64,000 bases of DNA from Rebecca billardiae RCC1528 (lineage: Eukaryota; Protista; Haptophyta). Shown here one piece after another: positions 54,512 through 64,000 of this stretch. The stretch lies in NCBI GenBank assembly GCA_965240325.2, contig OZ251223.1, forward strand, positions 4,092,001 to 4,156,000, read 5' to 3'. The position numbers and the translations under genes were made by a program. Below the pieces are notes generated by a model. It saw only the letters and a program-made list of their open reading frames with translations. It did no database searches and was not told where the DNA came from. Within the stretch, counting starts at the first letter, position 1; each line of letters opens with the position of its first letter.

Positions 54512-56113
54512 ATGTTCGGCGTCCCCAACGTGCTGCACGCGGTCATCCTCGTGGGCCCACCGGGCTCTGGCAAGTCCACCTTTGCCCGCTCCGTGCAGCG
54601 CGGCGCGACCTCCGACTGGGCCGTCATCAACCAGGACACGCTCGGCTCGCGCCGAGCGTGCGCGCGCGCGATGGCAGACGCGCTCGGCGCGCGGCAGCAC
54701 GTGCTGATCGATCGGTGCAACTTCGACGAGGACCAGCGCAAGCCGTGGATCGACCTTGCGAGATGGGCCCCCGTGCCGTGCAGGGTGAGCGCGATCGTGC
54801 TGGATGTGCCGTCCACGCACTGCATCGAGCGCGTGATGACGCGGCGGTCGCACCCGACGCTGCCCGGCGCGCCTGAGAGCGCTGCCGTCGTCGAGCGCAT
54901 GGCGCGCCAGCTCGTCATGCCGGACGCACGCGAAGGCATCGATCGTGTCGTCTACGTGCGCAACGACGGCGGCGGCGAGCTGGTCGACGGCCTCTCGCCG
55001 GCTGCTGGCGAGGAGGCAGCGGCGCTCCGCTCCGTTCCGCCACCCTCCGGTGGCTGGGCGGCACGCGCACCGGTCGCAGAGGCGGCGGAGGTCCGGCTGG
55101 CGAGTTTCAACTTGCTCGCCGACTGCTGGGTCTCGGCGCCGTGGTATCCCGGCATCGACACCGCCCTGCTCGACAGCGCTGCCCGGCTGGAGCGCGCGGC
55201 GGCCATGCTGCTCGGCGTGCGCGCGGACGTGGTCTGCCTGCAGGAGGCGGAGCAGCGCGCGCTCGGCGGGCTGCAGCGCGCGCTGGGGGCCGAGTACGAG
55301 GTGTCCGAGCTCTTCGCGAACGAGCCGACGCGGGGCGCGTGTGCGAACGGCGTGGCGTTCCTCGTGCGCAAGGACGGGCCCCTCGCGGGCAGGTGGCACG
55401 CTGAGCGCCGCGTGTGGAACGCCGAGGGCTCGGCCAGCGCCATCCTCACCGCGTCGGTCGGCGGCGGGCGCGGTGGCGAGGCGGGCGGCAGCGCGGGCGT
55501 GGAGCTCGCGATCATGAACAGCCACCTCGCCTGGGGCGACGCGGGCGAAGACCAAGCGGCCCGGGCCCTCGCCTGGGCGCGGCAGTGGCTCTGCGCCGAG
55601 CAGCGTGCGCAGCGCTCTCTGCTGTGGGCGGGCGACTTCAACCTGACGCCCGATGCGGAGCCGGTGCTGTGGATGAAGGCCGCGGGGCTGCGCGACGCGC
55701 TCGGCTGGGCCAAGACGCCGACCTACTTCCCACCGCCGAGCGCGGGCGCGCGCTCCGCCCGGCCGAAGCGCATCGACTACGTGCTGTATGCGCCGCAGCA
55801 CGCGGCGCAGGCCAGCCGCGCGTTCGCGTGGCGCGGGCACGGCAGCGCGTCACCCTCGGACTCGGCCGAGGACGAGCTGCGCCAGCAGCCGGCCCGGCCG
55901 GCGGACGCCGACGATTCTGAATCGGAGCAGGCGGCGGCAGCGTCGGGCGGCGCGAGTGACGGCAGCGAGGCACGAGGCACGCATGCGCGCCCGAAGCGAC
56001 GGCGAGGCAACGTGGGGCGGCGGCGGATCGGCCTGGGTGAGGCGCTGCGCGGCTGCGGCTCGGATCACGTGCCTGTCGTCGCCACAGTGAAGGTGCTGCA
56101 GCCGGCAGAGTGA
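54512..56113 (+). CDS. Fusion of an AAA_33/PNK-like P-loop kinase and an EEP (CCR4/Angel/nocturnin-like) phosphoesterase
   Basis: Kinase: LVGPPGSGKST, INQDTLG, LIDRCNFD..QR..W, R..HPTL. EEP: LASFNLLA, DVVCLQE, NSHL, AGDFN, RIDYV, SDHVPV. Confidence 0.88.
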   Translation: MFGVPNVLHAVILVGPPGSGKSTFARSVQRGATSDWAVINQDTLGSRRACARAMADALGARQHVLIDRCNFDEDQRKPWIDLARWAPVPCRVSAIVLDVPSTHCIERVMTRRSHPTLPGAPESAAVVERMARQLVMPDAREGIDRVVYVRNDGGGELVDGLSPAAGEEAAALRSVPPPSGGWAARAPVAEAAEVRLASFNLLADCWVSAPWYPGIDTALLDSAARLERAAAMLLGVRADVVCLQEAEQRALGGLQRALGAEYEVSELFANEPTRGACANGVAFLVRKDGPLAGRWHAERRVWNAEGSASAILTASVGGGRGGEAGGSAGVELAIMNSHLAWGDAGEDQAARALAWARQWLCAEQRAQRSLLWAGDFNLTPDAEPVLWMKAAGLRDALGWAKTPTYFPPPSAGARSARPKRIDYVLYAPQHAAQASRAFAWRGHGSASPSDSAEDELRQQPARPADADDSESEQAAAASGGASDGSEARGTHARPKRRRGNVGRRRIGLGEALRGCGSDHVPVVATVKVLQPAE

Positions 56114-56376
56114 GACTGAGAGTCTGAGACTGATCAGTGATCTCGACTGATGCTACTAAGCTGCTTGTCATAATATGATGACGATGACGACGCGCGAGGC
56201 GGATGACGCGACAATAAGCTGAGACTCGCGCGTCATCATTACTGCTAGTGACGATGATCATAATAATGACGAGGACTATCAGTATCACTACGATCAAATA
56301 ACGTCGATGACGTCATGACAGACCGGGTGTCGACCGCTAGGCGCCGCGCAGCAGTGCGCGTTGCGAACGTCGGTTA

Positions 56377-57252
56377 CTAGCCCGACGCGACAGGGTCTCC
56401 AGCGGGCGCCAGCAGCCACGTCGTGGTCTCGTCGTGGTGCTCGCTGTAGAGCTCGCGCAGCCCGGCGGCCGCAAACAGCCAGCGGTGGTGCTCGTCAGGG
56501 CGCGTGATGTCGAACCGCTCGTTGGGCCCGCTCGGCGTGTCGAGCTCGAAGCGGTTCTCCTTGGTGCGCCACGCGGGTCGGTTCTCCTTGACGACGAGCA
56601 CGCCGCCGCGCACGAGGGAGCCGGCGCACGCCGTGAGCAGCGCGGCGACGTCCTCGTCGATCAGGTACTGCAGCACCCACTGCAGCCAGACCAGCCCGAA
56701 CGCGCGCGGCCGCGCGGGCAGCTGCTCCAGCCGCTGGTTGACGAAGGTGCAGCGCTGCGCGCGCTTGTTGCCGAGGTATCGCCGCGCCTGCCTGCTCAGC
56801 GTCGGGCTCGCCTCGACGAGCTCCACGCTCTCGAAGCACTTGAGCAGCACGCTCTTGGTGACGCGGCCCACGCCTGCGCCGCCATCCATCGCGCGCAGCG
56901 CGCGCAGCTGTGGCCGCTGGCGGAGCACGCCCTCGAGGAACCTCGCCGAGTGCTCGAGGTCAGCAGCGGAGCCTGTGTCCCCGATCATCGTCTCGTCGTC
57001 CGTCGCCCCGCCGTACCCGCCCTCCTCCCACCAGCGCTCGTTTGCGCGGTAGAAGTCAGCCCTGCGCGCACCCTGCTCCGCCCACAGCTCAGCGAGCGAG
57101 GAGAACTCGCGCGACGTGTCGTCGTGCCCGCGGATGCGTGGCGGCGCGACGGAGGCCGCATGCAGCGCAAGCGCCGACTCTGCGCCCGTCGCGCCGCCTG
57201 GCACGCTGGCCGCTGGCGCGACGGCCTCGGCGCGCCTCCGTGCCTTGCCCAT
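56377..57252 (-). CDS. NTM1: Alpha-N-terminal protein methyltransferase (NTM1/NTMT1-like)
   Basis: FY..NERWW, AMDGGAGVGRVTKSVLL, VWLQWVLQYL.DED, VVKEN. Probable ATG at 57252 (MGKARR). Confidence 0.88.
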   Translation of the reverse strand: MGKARRRAEAVAPAASVPGGATGAESALALHAASVAPPRIRGHDDTSREFSSLAELWAEQGARRADFYRANERWWEEGGYGGATDDETMIGDTGSAADLEHSARFLEGVLRQRPQLRALRAMDGGAGVGRVTKSVLLKCFESVELVEASPTLSRQARRYLGNKRAQRCTFVNQRLEQLPARPRAFGLVWLQWVLQYLIDEDVAALLTACAGSLVRGGVLVVKENRPAWRTKENRFELDTPSGPNERFDITRPDEHHRWLFAAAGLRELYSEHHDETTTWLLAPAGDPVASG

Positions 57253-57748
57253 GGCGGCGCTGGACGTGATCCCGCCAACCGCGTGAACGGGGGCAGCTTG
57301 AACGGCATCCCCGGATGTGGCCACTGGCCATGGGCATGGCAGCACGAGGACGGCCACCGTGAGTGTCCGTCACGGTGACGACGGTGCCATGGCGGCCGTG
57401 GGCCGTGGCGAGCGCGCAGCATCGCCGATATCGCCGACCGACTGACGCTCACCACGTAACTCCAATAAGTCGTCAGGCTGAGGCACTCATGTCTCATCTG
57501 GAGGCACGCAGGCGCGGCCCCGAGACACTAGACCCCCGTGAGTCCGAGCCGTGTCGGGGAGTGCGCCGCAACGCAGCCTGATTCGTTTCAAGCCGCCTCG
57601 TGGGACCTGGCCCTGCTGGGGCTTCAAGCCGACGTGCCTCAGTGAGGCAGACTGCGCGCACTACTCGTTCCAGGGCCCGGCCCGCGCCCACCGACGTGCC
57701 ACGTGCCACTGCGGCGACGTCGCGCGGCAGGGCCCGGCGCGGGCGCAG

Positions 57749-57776
57749 CCCCCCCCCCCCCCCCGGCAGGGGGGGG
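57749..57776. repeat. C16 homopolymer followed by G8, downstream of the calpain stop
   Basis: cccccccccccccccc-ggca-gggggggg. Confidence 0.85.
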
Positions 57777-57874
57777 CGCGCCTGCCCGCGGCGGCGGCGG
57801 CGCGCGCGCGTCTGCCCTGGCCGAGCGGCCCGCGCGCGCCGGCGCGGCGCGTCGCCGGTGCGTGGCTCGCCTCG

Positions 57875-60550
57875 TCACCTGCCGAGCGCCGTGGCCGAGT
57901 GCAGCCCCCCGTGTGCGGGCACCTCTGGCAGGTGGTGCTCGCGCCCGATGTCCGCGCGGAACTGGAACTGGAAGGAGGAGGCGTAGCCGTCGGACGGCTC
58001 GAGCTGCGAGAGCGCGAGCAGCAGCTGCCCCCGCCCCGGCGTGAGCGAGTCCGAGAGCTGCAGCGCGCCGCGAGACGAGACGAGGTTGAACGACTCGCGC
58101 GCGTCGATCGAGACGGTGAGGCGCTGCAGCTGCGCGCGGTTCTCAGCGTACACGAGCGAGCCCGCGCCGTCGCTGAGGTTCCACACGGTCATGTCGCCGG
58201 AGAAGAGCTCGTTCCGCTCGCCGTGGCGCTTCACCACCGCGATGATCGCCTGGCGCACCAGCGCCGCCGCCTCGCGCCGCGCGGAGAGCAGCACCGGCTT
58301 GGCGGAGAAGGCGGCGAGCACGACCGGCCGCTCAGCGGCGCCGCCCAGCTGGTTGAGCGCGATGGGGACGACGACGTACTGGCCGGAGGGGAGGAGGGCC
58401 TCGCAGCACACGGAGGGGTGGACGCGGCGCGGCGACGTGGCGCACAGCTCGCCCAGCCCGCCCGCGCCGTCCGCGCGGAACACCGCGATGCTCAGGTCGA
58501 CCTGCGCGGACGCGGCGCCGCCGAGCCCGCGCGAGTTGCGCTGCGAGAGCACGAGGTCGAGCTGCGTCGTCTCCACGACCTCGAGGGCGAAGGCGGACCA
58601 GAGGCCGTCGGAGGCGGCGGAGGTGGGCATCGACGCGCGCGCGCGCGCCTCCATCCACCCGGCCGAGCCGCCCCCGACCCCGTGCGCGCGCACCTTGCAC
58701 ACGTCCACCTCGCGGAAGTGCGTGGTGAAGTCGGCCCAACACAGCCAGAAGGTGCCGCCCTCCGCGTCGTCCGGCCGGAGCGCGCGGCGCAGCTCGGGCG
58801 TCCACTCGGCGGAGGCGGCGGACCAGGGGCCGCGCCACTCGCCGCGGCCCCACGGGTTGCGCAGGCGCAGCAGCCGCGTGCCGTCGTCCAGCGCGCGCAC
58901 GTCCAGCACCGAGTACGCGTGCATCGTCTGCAGCCCGAGCGCCTCCGCGGCCGCGATCGCCGCCGGGTCGCGCGAGCCGCACGACGCGCCCGCGAGGCAG
59001 CCCGCCTCGCGCATCGAGAGGAGACGCGCCCAGGCGAGGTCGAGGTCGAGCTGCTCGCCGCCGCCGCCGCCGCCCGGCGCGACGCTCGGCGACGCCGGCC
59101 CCTCGCGCGGCTGCAGCCGCATCTGCTCGCACGGCGCGCCCGTGAGCGCCGCCAGCGCCTCGTCGCACGTGCCCGCCTCGATCGCCTCGTAGCAGCCGTA
59201 CGCCTTGGCAAAGCCCTTCTCGAGGAGCGGCACGTAGAGCTGGCGGCGCGCGGCCTGGGAGAAGGCGAGCACGCCGTGCGCGGTGCACGGCAGCATGTCG
59301 TCCACCACGATCACGCGCCACTCGCCGTCGAGGCACAGCCGCACCAGGTAGGCGCCGGAGGGCGAGAGCTCCGCGCCCGCCGGGAAGAGCGCGCGCAGCA
59401 GCTCGGGCCGCTCCGCGAGCACCGCGATGGCGGAGAGGAGCCAGCAGTCGCCCAGCGTGCCCTGCTTCACGTCGTCGGGCTGCGGGTCGCCGCGGAACAC
59501 GCGCCATGGCTGGTTGAACATGTCGAACGCGTTCGCCGTCCGCCGGATCTCCGCGGGCCGCAGCCACTGCGTCACGCGCGCGTCCGCCTGCCCGCGCCGC
59601 TCGGCCACGTCCGAGCGCGCCCACGCGCGCCCGTCCAGGTACACCGCGCCGGGCGAGGGGCGGAAGGAGTCGTCGACGAAGGGGACGCGGTGCTCGGCGC
59701 ACATCGCCTCGATCTGCGCGAGCAGCGCGCGCGACTCCGCCTCCTGCGCCGCCTGCCGCTCCTCGACCGACGTGGCGAAGTCGGACATGCGCCGAGCGAT
59801 CGCCGCGGTCGGCGCGCCGCCGCCGCCCGCAGCCGCCGCCGCCGCGCCGGCGGGCGAGAGCGCGCGCGCGCCCGCGGCGGCGGGCGCGGCGGGCGCGGCG
59901 GGGTCGAGCGGCGCGTGGCACGCCTCGCACGCCGTGGCGCTCAGCGCGTTGATCAGCGTGCACTGCGCGCACTCGAGGCCGTTGTCGCGCAGCGCGCGCG
60001 GCGCCGCCTCGGGCGCGGCGGGCAAGAACTCGGCGCCGCCGCGCTCTGCGCCGGCCGTGCCGTTGGCGCGTGGGCCCGCCATCCACGCCCTGCGCTCGAA
60101 GCCGCACACGCAGCGCTGCACGTGGCCCGCGTTGCTGCACACGCACTGCGGGCACTTCCAGAAGTCGTCCGCCGTGCGCGTCGGCTGCGCGCGCGGCGTC
60201 GCCGCGCGCGGCTGGTCCGAGATCCGCGCGTCGGAGAGAGACATGGCGATGGCGAGGTCGATCTGCTCGCTCTCGCTGAGCGAGTAGCCCTGCAGGCTCT
60301 GCGCCGTCGTGCGCGGCACCTCGGGCGCCGCCTGCACCCGCTGGTACTCGGCGCCGTCCGGCGGGGCGCCCGGGCTCGTGTCGGCATCGAACCGCTCGTT
60401 GCACGCGCCGCACTTGACGGTCTGGCGCGAGCTGGGCGAGGCCTGGAACTGCAGCTCGCGCTGGCAGTGGGGGCAGATAGCCCGCCAGAGCGGGGTGGCC
60501 GTCACGGTCTGCGCCGGCTGCATCGGGCCGGGCGGCCGCGCCGAGGCCAT
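57875..60550 (-). CDS. SOL/calpain-15-like cysteine protease with Zn ribbon, UIM and two RanBP2-type Zn fingers
   Basis: Catalytic triad QGTLGDCWLL / HAYSVL / LRNPWG. WKCPQC..N..CVC and LECAQCTLIN..CEAC fingers; UIM SEQIDLAIAMSL; SOL-homology-like C-terminus. Confidence 0.92.
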   Translation of the reverse strand: MASARPPGPMQPAQTVTATPLWRAICPHCQRELQFQASPSSRQTVKCGACNERFDADTSPGAPPDGAEYQRVQAAPEVPRTTAQSLQGYSLSESEQIDLAIAMSLSDARISDQPRAATPRAQPTRTADDFWKCPQCVCSNAGHVQRCVCGFERRAWMAGPRANGTAGAERGGAEFLPAAPEAAPRALRDNGLECAQCTLINALSATACEACHAPLDPAAPAAPAAAGARALSPAGAAAAAAGGGGAPTAAIARRMSDFATSVEERQAAQEAESRALLAQIEAMCAEHRVPFVDDSFRPSPGAVYLDGRAWARSDVAERRGQADARVTQWLRPAEIRRTANAFDMFNQPWRVFRGDPQPDDVKQGTLGDCWLLSAIAVLAERPELLRALFPAGAELSPSGAYLVRLCLDGEWRVIVVDDMLPCTAHGVLAFSQAARRQLYVPLLEKGFAKAYGCYEAIEAGTCDEALAALTGAPCEQMRLQPREGPASPSVAPGGGGGGEQLDLDLAWARLLSMREAGCLAGASCGSRDPAAIAAAEALGLQTMHAYSVLDVRALDDGTRLLRLRNPWGRGEWRGPWSAASAEWTPELRRALRPDDAEGGTFWLCWADFTTHFREVDVCKVRAHGVGGGSAGWMEARARASMPTSAASDGLWSAFALEVVETTQLDLVLSQRNSRGLGGAASAQVDLSIAVFRADGAGGLGELCATSPRRVHPSVCCEALLPSGQYVVVPIALNQLGGAAERPVVLAAFSAKPVLLSARREAAALVRQAIIAVVKRHGERNELFSGDMTVWNLSDGAGSLVYAENRAQLQRLTVSIDARESFNLVSSRGALQLSDSLTPGRGQLLLALSQLEPSDGYASSFQFQFRADIGREHHLPEVPAHGGLHSATALGR

Positions 60551-60842
60551 GGCCGATCGTGGGCGGCCCCCGCCGCTCTCCAGTCGCCAGCGCGTCCGCG
60601 GCAACCGGCGAGGCTATGCAGCCAAAAATGAGCCCGCGTGGCAGTCCTCTGCGCCGCCGGGCGCGCGTGGCTGGTTTGCTCAGCAGGCTCTCGCGGGACG
60701 GATGGAAGGTGCACTTGCCAGTTGTCCTTGTGAGTCCTCGCTGGCGGCGCTCTAACTCGGCGCGCACGCAAGCGCTCCGTCTAAAAAAGCAGCAGGCATC
60801 AAAAGCTGCGGCTGCGCTTTCATGACGGCTTGAGCGGAATCG

Positions 60843-60878
60843 GGAATACTACGGAAAACGCTTTTTCCGTAGTATTCC
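60843..60878. promoter_or_regulatory. Perfect 16-bp inverted repeat in the divergent intergenic region
   Basis: GGAATACTACGGAAAA-cgct-TTTTCCGTAGTATTCC. The repeat is certain; the regulatory role is inferred. Confidence 0.6.
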
Positions 60879-60939
60879 GTTACGATGGCGTGGGCGTGGC
60901 CAGCGCGCCATGCCTCCTAGGCGCCCGCGCTGAGAAAGC

Positions 60940-63900
60940 ATGTTCGAGCGGGCGAGCACCGCGACGCAGGTGCCGCCAGGCGTCAAGTCGGTGATCACCG
61001 CGTCCGGCCTGCTCGGCGCCGCGGGCAAGCAGCCCACCGCGTCGCCGCCGCCCGACCCGCCGCCGCCGCTGCCAGACGCGTCTGACACGACGCCGCGCGC
61101 CGCGGCCGACGTCGACGTGCTCGCAGTGGCCGAAGGCGTGGGCGCGGCGGATGCCGAGTCGGCGAGCCACGGGGTGGGCGTGCACGCCCTCGGGCCCGCC
61201 GCCCCAACGCCGTACGGCGTGTACCCGCGCCCGCTCGGCCGGGCGGGCGGCGGCGGCGGCGGCGGCGCCAAGGGCGGCGCGGCCACGTCACCGCCGCGCG
61301 CGCGCGCGGCCGGCCGTTCGAGGTCGCGCTCGCGCTCGCGCTCGCGCAGCCCGCCGCCCGACGGCACACCCGGCGCCGCGCACTCGCCCACCGCCGCGGG
61401 CGGCGCGCGCCGCTCGACGGGCGCGGCGGGCGCGCGCACGAGCCCGTCGCCGCCGCGCGCGGTGCCGCGGCCCGCGCCTCGCCCGACGATCCTTGGCGGG
61501 CCCGTGTCGCTGCCCTCGCCGCCGCCGACGGCGCAGGGCGCGATGGCGGCGGGCTCGACGGCGGACAGCAGCGAGCGCACCCAGGCCGCGCTCGCCTGGC
61601 TCAACGAGCTCGCCAAGACCCGCCCGCTCCGCCCCGCGGACGACGCGTCGGTGCTGCAGCTCGAGCGGCGGATCGAGGCGGCGCTGGTGCGCGCGGAGGC
61701 GGAGGTGGGGAAGGGGACGCAGGCGCACGCGCGCGCGGTGGCGGGCGCGAGGGCGGCGGGGCGGGCGCCGCCGCCGCCCGTGCTCGACGAGCCGCTGCGC
61801 GCCGCCTCCGCCGAGGCCGCCGTCTGCGAGGCCGGCCTCAAGGAGCTGATCGCGCAGGTCGCGGTGAGCTCGGCGCCGCGCGGTGCGCTGCTCGACCGCC
61901 TGTGCGCGGCGCGCGCGGCCGCGATGGGCGCGTACGAGGGCGCGGCGGCGGAGCTGGTCACGAGCCTCGCGGCGGAGCGCGCCGCGCGCGCCGCCGAGCA
62001 GCGCGCCCTCTCCGCCGCGCGCGCCACCATCGCCGAGCTCCACGCCGAGCTGGACGACGTGCCCTCGTCCGAGCTGGGCGCGGACGCGCGCGCGCGCAGG
62101 CGCGAGGCCGCGCTGTCGGGCGAGCTCTCGGCGACGCGCACGCGGCTGGAGACGGCGGAGATCGAGGCGGCGCGGCTGCGCGAGCACGCGCGGTGGGAGG
62201 CCTCGCTCCACGCCGGCGCGCGCGAGCGCGTCGCCCAGCTCCAGGCCGACATGAGCGCCGCGCGCGCCGCGCACGACGCCGACCTCGGCCGCATGCGCGA
62301 CGCGGAGGCCAAGCTGGGCTGGATGGCGCAGACGCTCGCCAAGCTGGACGCGCGGGCGAACGCGATGGCGGCGGGCGAGGACGAGAAGACGCGCGAGCTG
62401 CGCCTCGCGCTCGAGGCCTCCGCCGCGCAGCGCTCCGCCCTCGCCGCCGAGCTCGCCGACCTCAAGGCCGAGCTGGACACGGAGCGCACGCGCGGCGAGG
62501 CGCTCGCGGGCCGCAAGCGCGCGCTCGAGGGCGAGAACACCGGGATGCGCTTCAAGAACGCGGCGCTGCTGCGGCAGGTGCGCGACCTGGAGACGAGCTA
62601 CGAGGCGTCGCAGCTCGAGGTCTCGCGCACCTCCGACCAGCTCGAGCAGCTCACCAACGACGCCAAGTCGCTCCGCACCCAGCTCGACGCCGCGCACGAG
62701 GCGAGGCTCGGCGCCGAGCGCGAGGCCGAGGCGCTGCGGCCGCTGCGGCTCGCGGCGGCGCTCAGCGGCGCGGAGGCGAGCGTGCTGCGGAGCACGCTGC
62801 TCGACGCGGACGAGGCGCTGCTCTCGTACCGCGCGGCGCTCACCGGCGCGCGCACGCGCCTCGACCGCGCCCGCGCCGAGGCCGCGCGGCTGCAGGAGCT
62901 GTACGACCACGCGCATGAGGAGGCGGAGGCGGCGGACGAGCGCGCGCAGGCGGCGGCCGACGAGCTCGGCGCCGCGCGCCGCGCGCTGCAGGTGGCGGAG
63001 AAGGCGCGGGAGGACTACGCGGCGCGCGCGGACCGGTCGGCGGCGAAGGCGGCGAAGGCCGCCGCCGAGACCGCCGCGCTCAAGCAGAACGCCGCCCTCA
63101 TCGCCGACGAGGGCGCGAAGGCGCGCGAGGCGCTCTCACGCGAGCAGCACGAGAGCGCGCGGCTGCGCGCCGAGCTCGCGCGCGCCAACGAGCGCGCGTC
63201 CGGGCTGCGGATGGCGGCGGGCGGCGCGAAGGCGGCGCTGGGCGTGGAGCGCGCGGCGCTGAGCGCCGCGCTCGCCGAGTCCGACGGCCTCGCCGCGCAC
63301 TACGCCGCCCTCGCCTCGGGCCACGTCGGCCAGCTCTCGCTCGAGCGGCGCACGGTCGCGCAGGTGCTGCGCGAGCAGCGGCTGGGCGCGCAGCTCGAGG
63401 TGGAGCAGGCGCAGCAGATCGCCGCGGACGCGGAGGAGCGGCTGCGCGAGGCGGCGGCGGAGTACGAGGCGGCGACCGAGCTGCTGCGCCGCGTGAAGGC
63501 CGGGCTCGAGGCCGGCGAGATCGACGAGGACGAGCTCGCCGCCGCCGAGGCGGCCGCGGCCGAGGCGGCGGCCGCGGCCGAGGAGGCGGCGGCCGCGGTC
63601 GGCGCCGCGCGCGAGCGCGAGGAGCGAGCGCTCGCCGTGGCGGAGGAGTCGGAGCGCGCGGAGGAGGAGGCGCTCGCGGCGGCGGCGGTGGCGGCGGCCA
63701 GCGCGCCGGGCGCCGAGCGCGCCGTCTCGCTCACGCTCCCCCAGCCCGGCTCGCCGCACGTTTCGCGCGGCGCCTCCGCGTCCACCAAGCAGCGGGCGCT
63801 GCGCGGCCGCGCGGTGAGCGCGGGCGGCGCGCTCGGCAGCACGGAGGCGTGGGTGGCGCGGACGGCGGCGGCGGCGGAGGAGGCGTCGTCGCGCACGCCG

Positions 63901-64000
63901 AGCGCGTCGCCCACGCCCACCTCGCCCGCGGGCACGCCCGCCGGCTCGCCCGGCCCCGCCTCGCGCCTCTCCTCTCTCGCCAGGCCGCGCGCCGTGCGCG
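60940..64000 (+). CDS. Long coiled-coil protein with an axonemal dynein light chain (p28/AXDND1)-like segment; runs off the window
   Basis: The frame from ATG 60940 (MFERASTATQ) reads open to the window end, so it is missing from the track. GLKELIAQVAVSSAPRGALLDRL resembles the p28 motif ELIRQV..C.ERG.LL.R; extended heptad repeats follow. Confidence 0.75.
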   Translation, partial: MFERASTATQVPPGVKSVITASGLLGAAGKQPTASPPPDPPPPLPDASDTTPRAAADVDVLAVAEGVGAADAESASHGVGVHALGPAAPTPYGVYPRPLGRAGGGGGGGAKGGAATSPPRARAAGRSRSRSRSRSRSPPPDGTPGAAHSPTAAGGARRSTGAAGARTSPSPPRAVPRPAPRPTILGGPVSLPSPPPTAQGAMAAGSTADSSERTQAALAWLNELAKTRPLRPADDASVLQLERRIEAALVRAEAEVGKGTQAHARAVAGARAAGRAPPPPVLDEPLRAASAEAAVCEAGLKELIAQVAVSSAPRGALLDRLCAARAAAMGAYEGAAAELVTSLAAERAARAAEQRALSAARATIAELHAELDDVPSSELGADARARRREAALSGELSATRTRLETAEIEAARLREHARWEASLHAGARERVAQLQADMSAARAAHDADLGRMRDAEAKLGWMAQTLAKLDARANAMAAGEDEKTRELRLALEASAAQRSALAAELADLKAELDTERTRGEALAGRKRALEGENTGMRFKNAALLRQVRDLETSYEASQLEVSRTSDQLEQLTNDAKSLRTQLDAAHEARLGAEREAEALRPLRLAAALSGAEASVLRSTLLDADEALLSYRAALTGARTRLDRARAEAARLQELYDHAHEEAEAADERAQAAADELGAARRALQVAEKAREDYAARADRSAAKAAKAAAETAALKQNAALIADEGAKAREALSREQHESARLRAELARANERASGLRMAAGGAKAALGVERAALSAALAESDGLAAHYAALASGHVGQLSLERRTVAQVLREQRLGAQLEVEQAQQIAADAEERLREAAAEYEAATELLRRVKAGLEAGEIDEDELAAAEAAAAEAAAAAEEAAAAVGAAREREERALAVAEESERAEEEALAAAAVAAASAPGAERAVSLTLPQPGSPHVSRGASASTKQRALRGRAVSAGGALGSTEAWVARTAAAAEEASSRTPSASPTPTSPAGTPAGSPGPASRLSSLARPRAVR

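Noticed and set aside
1-64000. tRNA, rRNA, CRISPR or prokaryotic operon features
   Set aside because: None recognised. Spliceosomal introns, UBC9 and the LTR element show the DNA is eukaryotic despite bacterial-like genes.

Overview
Very GC-rich, gene-dense eukaryotic DNA with short (about 90-120 nt) GC-rich GT-AG introns. Gene content and composition suggest a haptophyte-like microalga (inference only). About 18 host protein-coding genes are supported: a partial nitrate reductase, a Ser-type sulfatase-like protein, UBC9, alanine dehydrogenase, a WD40+TPR protein, a GAPN-like aldehyde dehydrogenase, a KRE6/GH16-FKS/GT48 fusion, a YeiH/PSE transporter, an 8-TM rhodopsin-histidine kinase-receiver-HPt protein, an IP3R/RyR-like channel, DUF1415, a BK-beta-like membrane protein, a sulfotransferase-like protein, a P-loop kinase-EEP fusion, NTM1, a SOL-type calpain and two coiled-coil proteins. 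There is also an intact, young Ty1/copia LTR retrotransposon (43680-51053, AGTTA TSD). Most notable: (1) the spliced rhodopsin-HK-REC-HPt photoreceptor candidate, which has no cyclase and an unusual helix C; (2) the copia element, with a canonical -1 slippery site between protease and integrase, a Zn-finger-less integrase and a non-canonical PBS; (3) a nitrate reductase whose heme domain runs into a TM-like tail; (4) the glucan synthase-transglycosylase fusion. Most other long ORFs in the track are antisense or shadow frames caused by high GC. All family assignments are from motifs read by eye, without database searches.
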